DNA of 55,742 nt, counting the filler, from Catajapyx aquilonaris (lineage: Eukaryota), in assembly GCA_000934665.2 (NCBI GenBank). It is 3 parts of 3 records of this genome, joined end to end, with 100 filler letters (N's around TTAATTAATTAA, not from the genome) between each part and the next. Parts side by side here need not be neighbours in the genome. Positions count along the whole stretch, not along the records: positions 1 to 18,538 come from JYFJ02006667.1; 2 more parts are not named here. One strand, written 5' to 3'. The notes beneath the pieces were generated by a model, which was given only the letters and a program-made list of their open reading frames with translations, did no database searches and had not been told where the DNA came from. Below are positions 1 to 12,949 of the stretch, in pieces (position 1 is the first letter of the stretch; each line of letters begins with the position of its first letter). The position numbers and the translations under genes were made by a program.

Positions 1-34
1 ATTATTCACTCGCGACTTTCTGATTGCAACTCAG

Positions 35-286
35 GTGAAAGCACTAATTAGACGCATGAGCGGACCCCCAGTGCAAATCACTGCGGCCAACTTTTTCACC
101 ATCAATCGAGGCCTCATGGCATCAGTAAGTGCGATTACAGATCCTGACTTATGTAAAGATTAATATAAATTTGATTTGAAATATGTACAGCTTGCAGCAG
201 CAGTCACAACGTACATCATAGTCTTGGTACAATTTAATGACTCGGAGAATTCACCGGTTGCTAACTGCTCTGCAACATCAAAATGA
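35..286 (+). CDS. Gustatory receptor (7tm_7 family), last two exons only (35-124, 191-286); 5' part lies outside the window
   Basis: Spliced translation VKALIRRMSGPPVQITAANFFTINRGLMAS|LAAAVTTYIIVLVQFNDSENSPVANCSATSK*. It has the TYhhhhhQF TM7 motif of arthropod GRs, a phase-0 GT-AG intron, and is near-identical to 7779-8030. Confidence 0.92.
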
Positions 287-544
287 AATTACCGAAGGGT
301 GTACAGAGAAGAATGATTGATGCACGTATGTTAGTTACACAACCTACACACACCGTTACTGTCACACTTATTACCTATCACAAGAAATGTTGTATCAATA
401 TTATTGTAAAATGCCTTACTGATATAATATTAAAAGTTATGATATACACAGTCAATATGTAGTTTTTCAGAAAACAATGAACGTTACTAAAGTGATCAAG
501 CATTAGAATGGTCACAACTAAAATTTCATTTTGTGTAAACGCGT

Positions 545-700
545 ATTTTAAGCCGTATTTCCCGCCAACATTGCTCAAGTAACGCCTACACTTTAGTCAT
601 CATCCTCACAACGCATGCGCATTCGAACCAATCATCGCAGGAATCCTGCAGCGACGGATCAATGCCAGGCCTCTACCTCATCGACTGTCCTTTGTAAACC
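545..700 (+). promoter_or_regulatory. Conserved block with NRF1/Ewg-like GCATGCGCA and CCAAT box (copy 1)
   Basis: acgcatgcgca at 611-621 and ccaat at 628-632; a homologous block occurs at 8735-8860. Function is inferred only. Confidence 0.4.
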
Positions 701-719
701 TTGACATAAATTTATGCCC

Positions 720-2300
720 TGGAAGTATTTATCTCTTATCGCTCTCACGTACTAGTCCTTCTAGGATCTGAGGAGGTATTTTGTTCCAACAGCACCACGA
801 CAAGAAACACTTGGTTGGCGAGAATCTGCACTCACGCCTCACTGAAGACACGTGAAGGGTGGAATGACCTCCTCACACAGAACTTGTGTGGCTCTTTGTT
901 TATTACATATTTGGTCCCCTCTCGATGGTATGATCTGTTCATATACTGGAATACAACAATGGTTATTCTCATCGCAACTTATGTGCAATATTATGGCATG
1001 TTCCACAGGCAGGCTCTTAATAATTTGTCTGATCGGCGCAGCAACGTTTTCATGACATCTTTTAATTTGCGTCGTTCAAGGTGCTCAATTTCACCGTGCA
1101 TGATGCCGAATGACCACTTCATGCATCAATGCATGTGGCTTGAAATACGTCATTTAGGATTGTATATCTGTATGGAATGTTTAACACCCTTTTTGGCTGA
1201 TGCTTGATGAAAAGCATATCTTATGGTGATAGTCACGATAATGACAAAATATCATTGATTTGACAATAATAATGGTGATTATTATTTGTGCTAGCATGAC
1301 GAGGGGAGGATTGTTCATTGAAGCTCTTTTCCCATGGTGTCATGGCATTGTCGTTCTGGGTTTTTCTTTCTTCGTAGAAGTATGGGTCCAAATAATTGGG
1401 ACATTGCCTCTTTTTGCCTTATTGCGAACACTTGCAGGACGAGTCCATTGTCGATGTTCACATCCTTTGACTTCATCATTTTGCCCCCACTGCTTGAGTA
1501 AGGCGTGACCCTTAGTAAGTGATGTTTCCCACAATGTCGTGGTTTGGTAGTCCATGTCTCGTTAACTGAATTGATTTCATTACATTAGGGCATTATCACG
1601 CCTCAAGTCATTGTAAATAATATCGCCGGTAATTACTCCTATTTACCAATTGAGGGTCATGGCTGTGTCAAAAAAATTAGGTTCATACTTGGCCGGCTCT
1701 GGAATTTGACAGAGCGGTAATAGCTGGTGGGTCAGTTGTCAACACACAGCATCGACTGCAACTTCGTGTCATTACGTGCCGTGCGTAAGCTAGCTGTAGA
1801 GGGTCTTCCAGGTGGAAGTTGCATTAATCAATTATATTCATAGATTTTTATCCAATTTTAAGATGTCGCCGTTTTCTGCTTTGATCGTCTCTCAAGGAAT
1901 TTATTAGGACCGACCATGCCCGGTAAGGTCCAACAGCCCATTCACTCCAAACATTTACAGCAAATACAATACAAAACGTCAACTTTGATCGTCTGTCAGC
2001 CGTTCCCGGTATATCATATTACAATGTGATAGTGCTTGTGCAAAATATATTGATACATATTAAGCACTAATCACCAATTCACCATCTGTATTTTTGTCAA
2101 ATTAGCATGCATCCTATTGTTTCTTTCTCTTATCAGCGTGACCATTCTGTATGTTTTTGCCACTGTGATTGGGTCGGAATGATGGCAATTTTGTGACAGT
2201 AAATGTTAGGAGAATGAACATAACAATCTCATTGGCCTTGGCAGGAAAAGAATCACCAGCATGTGCCACCAAGTTGGAAAGAACGGTGTATCTCATCCTA
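720..2300 (-). pseudogene. Endogenous viral element copy A: L C-terminal remnant (~2300-1400) followed by glycoprotein-like remnant (~1305-720)
   Basis: Aligns by eye to copies B and C (820-960 vs 10460-10620 and 12190-12320; 1810-2290 vs 10750-11150; 1440-1560 vs 13000-13110). Minus-strand ATG near 1300 reads MLAQIIITIIIVKSMIFCH (signal-peptide-like). Confidence 0.65.
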
Positions 2301-2619
2301 TTCTCTCCACTGATGGGGGTGTTTCAAGTTGTCTTGATGTAGCGGTACTTTATTTCAGGTGTTATTATTTATTCACTTGCTGTCATTATTATTTTATTTA
2401 TGTGGTCGGACCAAGCAAATGATAATCACTGGCGGCTACGTCCAGACTGTAAACTGGTTGGGAGGAAAAATCTCGCAACGTATTTCCGCCAAATTTGCTC
2501 TTGTCAAATTGGCCGTGTTGCGACCGGACATTGTCATGGAGAAGAATGATATTTTCAGACAACATCCCAGGTCTTTCTTTGTGAATGTTGTGTCTTATGA
2601 CACCCTTTTACATCACAAA

Positions 2620-3670
2620 ACTCATCACATTGGGTTTTTGTTAAATGAATGTGTTCCAGGAGGTTCTAGTGAATTTAGGAATTCTGTCGGGTAGTGCACC
2701 ACCTGGGCATCGTCTGGGACTGTGTCCACAGACTTGTAGCAGTGGGAAGGACCAGGTAGTTGGTTGAGGACTTGTGCGTTGATAAGATTGGCGGCGTTGT
2801 TTTTCGAAGCTAATATTGCTCTCTCGCATAACCAACTGTCTCTCTGGTAGTTGAGGCAAAGATTAGGAAAGACCTTGCATATTAATTCGGCGACAGAGGA
2901 CACCTTTGTGCCGATCAATCTTATATCAACATTTCCTAGGGCTTCGGTTCTAAATTGGCCATTTCCTAATTTCAACACTTGAAAATTCCTCTGAGGAGTA
3001 GTCACCAAGCAGATGGGCCCTCATGTTTGTAGAGAGATGTAATTTGTTAACATGAGTCCAAAGCTTTTATCTCATCGGCTAGTGTGGCTCGTGGAGCAAC
3101 AGGCAATGTTTGTCTGAAGTTCCCAGTCAAAACCAAAGTTACTCCACCCATAATCTTTTTGATTTCTCGGATATCCTGCAATGTCCTGTCCAGAGCTTCC
3201 AAGAGCTGCTTTGTGGGACATGGTGCACTCATCCCAAACAATTAACCTGCACTGACTCAAAAGTTGTGCCACCCCTGTACCCTTGCTGATGTTGCATTTT
3301 CTTGTGTGTAGCTAAATTTAGAGGAAGTTTGAATGCTGCACGAGCAGTCCTCCCGCCAGGCAAAAGAGTAGCTGCTATGCCAGAAGAGGCAACCGCAAGT
3401 GCGATTTGTTGATTCTGGCGAACTTTCGTCAGCAACAGATTTTTTCACAAATATTTTACCAGTTCCTATACTGGTGCATCAAGGAAAATAAAAACAACTC
3501 CACCCGTCTGATCCTGGACATTGTCTACAATTGTCAAATAAGCTGATCTCTGATCCGGTAGCAACTTTGGTTCATTAAGAGCAACCTCTTGGATGAGTTC
3601 TTGGGTGTTGTAATTCGTCTCAAGTAGAATCTCAAGGCAAATGGATGTAGGGACAAACAAGGACAAATTA
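2620..3670 (-). mobile_element. Helitron Rep/Hel fragment (PIF1-like helicase), frameshifted
   Basis: Frames give FLDAP(V), ALAVASSGIAATLLPGGRTA..AFKLPLNL, LIVWDECTMSHKAA, LEALDRTLQDIR..GGVTLVLTGNFRQTLPV, WLCERAILA and YPTEFLNSLEPPG, all typical of Helitron helicases. Confidence 0.93.
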
Positions 3671-3684
3671 GGTCAGGGTCCTTA

Positions 3685-6366
3685 TAGTCCAGTCAAATTG
3701 TCATGAAAATTGCTGAATGGATGCAAAAATTAGGGTAGTTCTAATTTTTTAATATGTTGTAAGGGTTGGTACCCTGACTAATTTCCACAGGTTTGCCAAC
3801 AAAATGTTTTGCCGCCGGCGCCGCCATCTTGGAAAAACCCCGAAATTTGCGGACTTATTTTGGTTTTTGCCAAATATCTGCCAAACTAAGCGTCCGACAA
3901 AAAAGTTATCGATATCGTTTTTAAAGTAGACTAAATTTGCTACAATTTGGGCTCAGACAGTTTTTTTTTACCTCCGATAGTTTCGGAGTAATAGCCCTTC
4001 CAATTTGGGAGAAATTTTCAAAAAGGAGAAATGTGGGAACTTCCAGCCAGTTTTTACCCGGTAGCTTATAAATGACGAGTCCTACGATAAAAACCTACAA
4101 AATAACATACATACTAGAATAAATTTGCTACAATCTGACCACTAAATGGTTTCGCTACGTCAAATAGATCACGAGATACTAAGTTTCGAAAAATATCGTT
4201 GTTTTCGAAAAAAAAAAGTAACAATCGAATATTGATCATAGGAGTGAGGGGCAATAACAACATTCAAAATCAGTAAGTTATATGCAACTTAAGATATTTA
4301 TTTACCCGGTAAAACACAATTAAATTTATAAAAATCTGCACATAAATTTCAGCATTTCAAGGAAATTTACAATCTTTGGCGCTTATTAGAAGGCCCGGGC
4401 GGTTGATTTCGGGAATTTCAACGGCGTTGTCCACTGTTGTACCAGTGTTTAGAATGTCCACCAATTGAATATCACCGTCTTCGTCTATGTATTCACCCAG
4501 CATGTCGATGGGTTCAAGAGCGTCCTCCTCCTCCGCGTCAAAGGCCAGGACTATAGTGGCGGTGTATTTTCGCAGGACTGCCCATCGCAATGTTTGCAAA
4601 TGGTAGTGCAGTTCAGTCCTGCTTTTCGACACCCACATGCTTTTGAACAGCCTTTCTTGCAAGCGCAAGGTATGGTCTGAAGGATCGAACGTGGAGCTGG
4701 TACTTGGCTTTATTGGGGAAGAGGCCCTGCCGAGTTCGTACCCAGCCCCACTTCAACGGCACGTCGTTCATCCTAGCCATGCCTGAACTTGGTGATATGT
4801 ACGCATGGTATGCAGCTGAGCAGCATCCCTGGTTGGAGGCAACCTAGCTAGGTTGAATTTAGTCCTTGCGGCAGCTATTACGAAATTGTGGTATCGAAGC
4901 TCATCGATGTTTTGTGCTGCTGGGTCGCCTTCATACAATTGAACCAGTGGTTTTTCCCGTGGCCAAAAAGTGCAGATGAGGTGTGACACCTCATCTGCAC
5001 TTTTTGGCCTGAAAGTGTGGAGGAACACCAGGATGTTGGTCAAGCTGTGCCGAAATGTGTTTCAGGAGCTTTACCTCTTCCACACTTTTGGAAGAATATA
5101 TTATTTTTGTGAGGCGATAGTAATGCAGTGGAGGCGACCCAGCAACACAAAACCTCGATGAGCTTCGATACCACAATTTCGTAATAGCTGCCGCAAGGAC
5201 TAAATTCAACCTAGCTAGGTTGCCTCCAACCAGGGATGCTGCTCAGCTGCATACCATGCGTACATATCACCAAGTTCAGGCATGGCTAGGATGAACGACG
5301 TGCCGTTCAAGTGGGGCTGGGTACGTACTCCGCAGGCCCTCTTCCCCAATAAATCCAAGTACCAGCTCCACGTTCGATCCTTCAGACCATATCTTGCGCT
5401 TGCAAGAAAGGCTGTTCAAAAGCATGTGGGTGTCGAAAAGCAGGACTGAACTGCACTACCATTTGCAAACATTGCGATGGGCAGTCCTGCGAAAATACAC
5501 CGCCACTATAGTCCTGGCCTTTGACGCGGAGGAGGAGGACGCTCTTGAACCCATCGACATGCTGGGTGAATACATAGACGAAGACGGTGATATTCAATTG
5601 GTGGAAATTCTAAACACTGGTACAACAGTGGACAACGCCGTTGAAATTCCCGAAATCAACCGCCCGGGCCTTCTAATAAGCGCCAAAGATTGTAAATTTC
5701 CTTGAAATGCTGAAATTTATGTGCAGATTTTTATAAATTTAATTGTGTTTTACCGGGTAAATAAATATCTTAAGTTGCATATAACTTACTGATTTTGAAT
5801 GTTGTTACTGCCCCTCACTCCTATGATCAATATTCGATTGTTACTTTTTTTTTTCGAAAACAACGATATTTTTCGAAACTTAGTATCTCGTGATCAATTT
5901 GACGTAGCGAAACCATTTAGTGGTCAGATTGTAGCAAATTTATTCTAGTATGTATGTTATTTTGTAGGTTTTTATCGTAGGACTCGTCATTTATAAGCTA
6001 CCGGGTAAAAACTGGCTGGAAGTTCCCACATTTCTCCTTTTTGAAAATTTCTCCCAAATTGGAAGGGCTATTACTCCGAAACTATCGGAGGTAAAAAAAA
6101 CTGTCTGAGCCCAAATTGTAGCAAATTTAGTCTACTTTAAAAACGATATCGATAACTTTTTTGTCGGACTCTTAGTTTGGCAGATATTTGGCAAAAACCA
6201 AAATAAGTCCGCAAATTTCGGGGTTTTTCCAAGATGGCGGCGCCGGCGGCAAAACATTTTGTTGGCAAACCTGTGGAAATTAGTCAGGGTACCAACCCTT
6301 ACAACATATTAAAAAATTAGAACTACCCTAATTTTTGCATCCATTCTCTACTATTTGACTGGACTA
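3685..6366. mobile_element. Academ (AcademX-type) DNA transposon derivative forming a fold-back palindrome
   Basis: Termini TAGTCCAGTCAAAT...ATTTGACTGGACTA (TAG...CTA) with 3-bp TSD TTA (3682-3684, 6367-6369). Both ~1.25-kb arms encode the protein C-terminus (LPPTRDAAQLHTMRTYHQVQAW, KWGW, Cys8 finger CACKKGCSKACGCRKAGLNCTTICKHCDGQSCEN). An XPG-like DTSSALFG(HGK) motif is at the centre. Confidence 0.85.
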
Positions 6367-6650
6367 TTAATTTGTAACGCTAATCTTACCACTACAATAT
6401 TGTATATTTCGTGAGCACTTATTCTTCTGTCCTTGCCCTTTTCCGCCCTTTTATTGAGTCATAGAGTGACGTCTTGTTATTGATGGTCTCTTGGGCAGCA
6501 AACATAAAGGCGCCAAGGTCAGAAATCGTTTAAAACACTACTTATTGGTTATCTGACAGATAATTCCATGCGTCACTGTATCAGAGTGTCGGATTTTGTT
6601 GGGCTGTGCAGACGCATATAATTCGACACTGCTGTGCGGTCTAGAGCAAC

Positions 6651-8030
6651 ATGACACATCTGGTATCATTTCGGTCACTTGGCCCTCTCAACAAAGTGGC
6701 TGTCATCATTGGATTGTTTCCGTGGCCTTTGGATGGCCACTGGTTATTAAGCCGTTGGCCGCTTTTTCTCAACATTTTCTTAGCAATAGTGTCATACACG
6801 GTAGCTTTCATTGTCCTTGGTACTTCAGGAGGACGACCCGATGAAGGCGTACCTGTCTTGTCGGTAACGGAAAAATACACTCTTTATTCTTCGACCGTTA
6901 CTTTTGGAATAGTACCGTGGATTATTTACACCTCGGTCAATTGCAAGATCAAGAGTCGTACCGCATTGCTGGAAAGAGTTCTTCTCATTTGCAACAATAA
7001 TTCCGCCCAAGTGCGCAAGGTGGAATGGACAATTCTGACAATAATTATGCTGAATGTTGCTGTCCACGTGATATGCATCATGTTGTACGCCAGGCAATTA
7101 ATTTATTCCATTATTGTTTATCTCCAAAGCCTCTTGATCTACGCCATTGTTCCCGGTTACGTAGCTTACATATCTGTCGCAATTGAGCAACTGTTGAGAG
7201 AAATCAACGGGTCCATCACGTACCTGTGCAGCCAGCGTCGAAATAGTGTGTTTATGCCACGCAGCGACTATTCTTCTCTGATGAAGGCCGAAGTGCCATT
7301 GTCCAAATTGGGCCAACTCTTTTTCGACATTTGCGAATGTACCGATAGAGTCAGCAGGGATTACGGCCCTGCTTTGTGCGTGGTTTTTGTGGGATATGTG
7401 ACCGAAATTGTCACACACGTATTTGCTATGATTTATGTCTTGCCGAAGGTCACTCTGGATAGGAAGGCCATGATAATTCTGACGGGAATGTTCAGAATTG
7501 TGTTGATTTGCTACACGACTTTCATGATTGCTAATGTCTCAGATGAGGTAGGTTTCTCTTGTGAATTTTGCCTTTTGTATCTGTTTGCAATGTTTGTGTA
7601 ACGGTAAAACTTCCATTTTGCAACCTGCACATGATTTCAGGCGACGACATCTTTGCAAGATCTGCTCCGCGTCCGCCTCTCAGAGTTGACTCCAAACTGC
7701 AAAGCACAGGTGAGTCTGATCATATTTCACAATTGTCCATAATAATTTTTAACCCGCGAATTTCTGATTGCAACTCAGGTGAAAGCACTAATTAGACGAA
7801 TGAGCGGACCCCCAGTGCAAATCACTGCGGCCAACTTTTTCGCCATCAATCGAGGCCTCATGGCATCAGTAAGTGTGATTACATATCCAGACTTATTTAA
7901 AAATTAATATAAATTTGATTTGAAACTTGTACAGGTTGCAGGAGCAGTCACAACGTACCTCATAGTCTTAGTACAATTTAATGACTTGGAGAATTCACCG
8001 GTTGCTAACTGCTCTGCAACATCAACATGA
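6651..8030 (+). CDS. Gustatory receptor, complete, 383 aa; exons 6651-7547, 7641-7709, 7779-7868, 7935-8030
   Basis: Long hydrophobic first exon plus three phase-0 GT-AG introns near the C-terminus (classic GR architecture); TM7 motif TYLIVLVQF; N-terminal IGLFPW. Confidence 0.93.
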
Positions 8031-8734
8031 AATTACCGAAAAGTGTACAGAGAAGAAAGATTGATGCACATATGTTAGTTACACAATCTGCACACACCGT
8101 TACTGTTACACTTATTACCTATCACATAAAAGGATGTATCAGTAACAATACAAAATGCCTTACTGATATAATATTAAAAGTTATACTCTGTATGTAGTTT
8201 TTCAGTAAACAAACGCTATTAAAGTGATCAAGCGTCATAATTATCACAACTGAAATTTAATTTCGTGCGCATACTTCCAGCTAATCAATCTAATGCGTGA
8301 CCTCGTGGCATCACAATAGGCGGCAAACTCCCATTATGCACACGGCAATATCATTAACCATTAAAGTAAGTAATGGTGCTCATCGATTTGCAGATGGAAA
8401 AGGAGTGTCCACATCCTTCTGTATGCAAACACAGGCAGAACATATGCCAATAATGCATTACAGTTACGCAACAGATTGTTGCCACGCAATTACTTCAGTA
8501 TCACGCGGATGTCGGGAAGAGTTCTGCTGTAATAATACAGTATATACCAATAGGAAGTACAGCACTGTGCGGTATTATACTGTACATGTATATTATAGCA
8601 GAACTCTTTGGGATGTCGTGTTCAGTACAAAATGTTCTCTGAAATAATGATTCTACCAACCAAGTAGTGGACCGAGAGTGGACTGGGTCCATTTGCTCCC
8701 TTCCCGTGTAAACGGCCACATAAAACAGGCTCGT

Positions 8735-8860
8735 TTTTATCCGTATTTCCCGCCTACACTCCAGTCACATATCCTCACAACGCATGCGCATGCCAACCAA
8801 TCAGTACTTGAATCCTGCATCAGCGGACCAATGTCAGGCCTATACGTCATTAATTGTCGT
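8735..8860 (+). promoter_or_regulatory. Conserved block with NRF1/Ewg-like CGCATGCGCATGC and CCAAT box (copy 2)
   Basis: cgcatgcgcatgc at 8781-8793 and ccaat at 8797-8801; homologous to 545-700 and in the same position between a GR 3' end and viral remnants. Confidence 0.4.
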
Positions 8861-9180
8861 CGGAATGGATCGGAATGGATCTGTCCAATCGGGTGTGAGA
8901 GGAGCGGAGTGGCGTTAGTCCGTGTGAATATTCCCTCCTCCTAACGATGGCGTCTCCTTCTCTCCAAGTCTGATCCTCGTCTGTTCTTCTCCTCCTTTGG
9001 CTCGAGGGGGAAGTGGGGACTGGACTGCCTGCTACAGTAATATTCCTGGTTGGCACAATATATGAAGAAGGATTAACTATATGAATGAAATATTAGTCTT
9101 TCTGGAAGCAACTAACTTTCAACTCAACAACTACAAACTCTGACGTTGGGTGATCAATAGGGAAGAATATGTTTTGAAAA

Positions 9181-9320
9181 GGGGATAATGCAGTGGCCGA
9201 GATGGTAAAGTCTTGGCTTGCTGTGCGAAATGTCCCGGGTTCTAATGCCCGCCCGGGAGTTACCTTTCGTCTGCGTTAGTGGGTCTTTGGCCTGCGCCTA
9301 TATGGAGGCGTATTGGTAAC
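9181..9320 (+). mobile_element. tRNA-derived SINE, truncated
   Basis: A box TGGCCGAGATGG and B-box-like GGTTCTAATGCC; same head as the SINE at 34754. Confidence 0.7.
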
Positions 9321-9649
9321 CGGATGTGAGAAAGTGACTGGATTTACTTTTCTGGAAATGGGAAGTTATCTGTAGACTTTATGGGAATCTTTTTTCATGT
9401 GACATTTCTTCAGGCTCAGGGGAACTTGATAGTACATTGTATGGACTTGGTTGTCCAAGAAAGTCTTTGGTCTGATTTGTGGGTATCTGCAGTTGATGGT
9501 TCTGCTCCGTTCGTCTTGAGTAGTATCTGAACATCACATTAACATGAAAATGGGTTGGTGTGAATTTTTGTCTCTTCTATGATTTCCATCTGGTGCTTAT
9601 GGTGACTGTGACGCCTGGATTGTCGTGAACTCTATTACAGCACATTGTC

Positions 9650-11640
9650 CACCACTTGACTGAGCTATTTGCTAACATAGTTTAGAGATAGCAAGGTGGC
9701 CAGTACTAAAACAAAGCAGATGCGGACTGCATTTGCAGTTACCATATATTATATGCCACAGATATTATTGTTGCTTTTACTTCTATTATGCAAACAGCAG
9801 ACAATCTTACAATCACATGTGATATTGAGGTCAGGTGGTTCCAGAACTGATGCAAGTTTCAAGTCGTTCACATCTGCTCACATCTCTGCTGAATGGATAG
9901 TACGGTATCACTGGCTTCGACATATCACAGGCGGTGTATTGTTCCCAAACATTAATCTGTGTGTCATTTTGTCTTCTGTAATTTTTCATTGTTTATAAAC
10001 CACTTGATTTAATCCATAAGTTAGGGACATTACAATATCCACGGATGGAGATGTTCACCATGCGGCTTACACATACATCAATATTGGTGACAATTTCTCA
10101 ATCTCTCTTAATACTTTGGGGCTTGGGCATTCTCACCAACAATGCAATCGTAAGACTTCCTCCGTTGCACTTGACAGACACACACAGTGTTGCAGGCAGA
10201 TTATGATGTGCAGCGTCGTGACCTGTGCCATTCCCAGTTTGTCACCAAACAAGGAGTACAATCCGGTCATAAAAAGAGTGATAATAGGACAATGGTGCTC
10301 TTTAGAGTATGGAATTACAGTATTTTATTGCCCAACAATTACGGCGAGGTTTGAATTAATTAATGATGGTTAATTATAAGTTGTTATATCTTTTTGCGAA
10401 CATGTTTGTGTTAAGGCAATTTTGTTCAACCATAACCATAACATGAAACACTTAATTAGCGAGAGTCTGCACTTAGACCATAATTATTATACCTAAAGGG
10501 TGGAATGTCCTCCTCACAGTGTATTTATGTATGGCTCTTTGTCCATGTTACATATTTGGGCTCCCTCTGGATGGTATGATCAGTTCATATATACCGGTAC
10601 TGGAATACAGCAATAGTTATGCCCTTTCGATTCCGCAGCTTTTCAAGCTGAAGCTTTATGAAAAGCATGTCGTATTGTGATAGTCGCGATGATGTCTGGG
10701 ATCTTCGGATCTTGGAATCTCTTGGGATCCAGTGTGCAAGAAGTTCTGCCATGTGGAAGTCGCATTTATCAATAACATTTTATTCTGAGTGTGTTTTCTA
10801 ATACTTCAGAGTTCAGATGTTACCGTTTTCTACTGGACTTTAACGTTGTGGTTCCTCCTTGTCAGAGGTTCACGGTAAATCATATTACAATATGATAGTA
10901 GTGCCGGTGCAAAATATTTTGATACATTTTAAGCGCTTATCATCATCAGTATTTTTGTCCAATTAGGATGCATGCTATCGTTCCTTTCTCTTATCAACAC
11001 GACCATCTATACTTTTGCCACTGTGATTGGAAGGAAATTTTGTTACAGTAAACGTTGGGAAAATTAGCATATTTATTATTAATAACAATCTCATATTAGG
11101 GGGGGAAGGAATCACCAGCAGCATGTGTCACCAAGTTGGAAAGAAAAGTGTAGCTATTCTGGTTTCTGAGAAAATAATACTGTGTAAACAATATTGATAT
11201 TGCTGTCTTTGGGGTACCAGGAACAACATAAAATCCAATAATATGTATTGTTGCAAACTGCAATATCCCTATTAAATCATATTTGTTCTGATTCTTACTA
11301 GACCTCACAAAAGCAAGTTATCGATTAAAAGCATTTATGATTAAGTTAACTTATCTGCGATTGTTCTGCCTTCTGTGTAGTAGGAAAAAGAGAGGCCCAG
11401 GTGCAGGATCTGATGACAGTATTAGCTATGTCACAGAAGACAATGTGGAAGTGGTGACGGAATTATTTTAACCATTGAAGTTATATGAGTTTGGTATAAT
11501 GGCATGTGTCCGGGAGGGTCACAGTGTTGATCAATCATTCGTCTGGGCCGTTTCATGACTGGTACATAAAATTTCATTGTCCCAAGGATATCCATTGAAA
11601 TTAGACTGGTTTTACCCATGTTTCTTCTTCCACTGTGTGG
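9650..11640 (-). pseudogene. Endogenous viral element copy B: L capping/connector remnant (~11640-10740) followed by glycoprotein-like remnant (~10700-9650)
   Basis: 11160-11620 aligns with 14150-14570 (GTMKFYVP, YDLIGILQFATI). The downstream part is Cys-rich (GAQICN, HCEEDIPPF, VCVSRMVNISIRGYCNVPNLW) and ends in a hydrophobic stretch ICFVLVLATLLSL near 9700. Confidence 0.68.
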
Positions 11641-11699
11641 ACATACATCAGGAGCGTGATGATCAGTCGCCTGACCCAGTCACCCTCCAGCCTAGGACA

Positions 11700-12750
11700 C
11701 AGGTCTGCCCGATGCCACCTCCCGGCACGATGGAAGCCATAGTGTCAACACTTAACCCCTGTGACAATCCTGGCTAAAGAATAGTGATCTCTGCAAATCG
11801 GGTTATAACACGAAGCAGGTTGTAAATTACTTAACAACTTGCACCGGACTTGCAGCTCAGATATGAGGAGACCATGTACTAACCCTGTACAGAAGTGACT
11901 ATGCTTCTGCTGTACCTTTCAGAGTGTTGCATGAAGATTATGGTCTGTACCGTCCCTTGCTGTTTTCTGAGTTTGTGACCTACAAAGTGTATAGCCTGGT
12001 TATGAAAAGAGTGATATTTGGCCAATGGTTCTCTTTGGAATGAATTCTATTGCTCAAAAATTACGGGGATGTTTGAATAAATATTAATAATGGTAAATAT
12101 TACAAGTTGAGATATCTTTTCTGCAAACGTGTGTGTGTCGGAAGGCAATTTTGTTCCAGCGGAATGATGACATGAAACACTTGCCAGGCGAGAGTTCGCA
12201 CTTACAAGTTAGACCCCACTGAATGCACTTGAAAGGTAGAATGTCCTCCTACTAGTGTTGAACTCTTATGTTACTATTTGTCCATATTACATTTGGCCTC
12301 CCTCCCGATGATAAGTTCATATTGTCGTGGTTTGGAGTTGGCAACATTTTTTTATACTCTTTAAATCTCCATCTGTGTCGCCTTTGTATCTTGTATGTGA
12401 TAGCCAGAAAATATTCAGGAATGCGACACTATAGTTACACTGTTTAGATTCCGCAGCTTATCTCATCACACCTTTATTCAAAATGATAGTATGATCCACA
12501 TTAAGACTTTTAATTTGTCACATCGATCGGCGCAGCATTGCCTCCAATCTGGTGATGTACGAGTGTATCCTATTTCTGGAGCAAGGCTCGAAAGTTCTGT
12601 TGGAATTTTAGGAGATTCGGAACATAATGTGATTGACAAATTTTCCTTAATGTTTTCATGACATGTTTTGATTAATGGGAAGGTTTTCGTGCGTGCTGCA
12701 AACTAACCACTGTAAAATGCGGCTTGAAACAGGATGTAATCGTAGTTGTA
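11700..12750 (-). pseudogene. Endogenous viral element copy C, glycoprotein-like remnant downstream of L
   Basis: 11990-12330 aligns with 10260-10600 and 820-960. No intact ORF remains; the glycoprotein assignment rests on copies A and B. Confidence 0.5.
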
Positions 12751-12949
12751 CTCGTATTATAGAATTCCATCTCTCTGGAATGCAATACACACTTTTTGGT
12801 CGAATCTTGATGGTTACGGTGATAATATGAGATGTCTCCAGGATAATTTGACAGTTGACAGTTATGTTAGCATGGTTGGTGATGTCAAGCCCTTTTTTTC
12901 TCATGATGTAATGTCTCTGTCATTCTCAGCTTTTTATTTGCATATGGCT

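Noticed and set aside
815..1508. + strand ORFs (130 aa, 82 aa) as genes
   Set aside because: No recognisable domains or splice structure, not conserved in the paralogous copies, and antisense to the EVE.
4357..5705. Twin 103-aa ORFs as a duplicated host gene
   Set aside because: They are mixed-frame read-outs of the frameshifted Academ C-terminus in the two palindrome arms.
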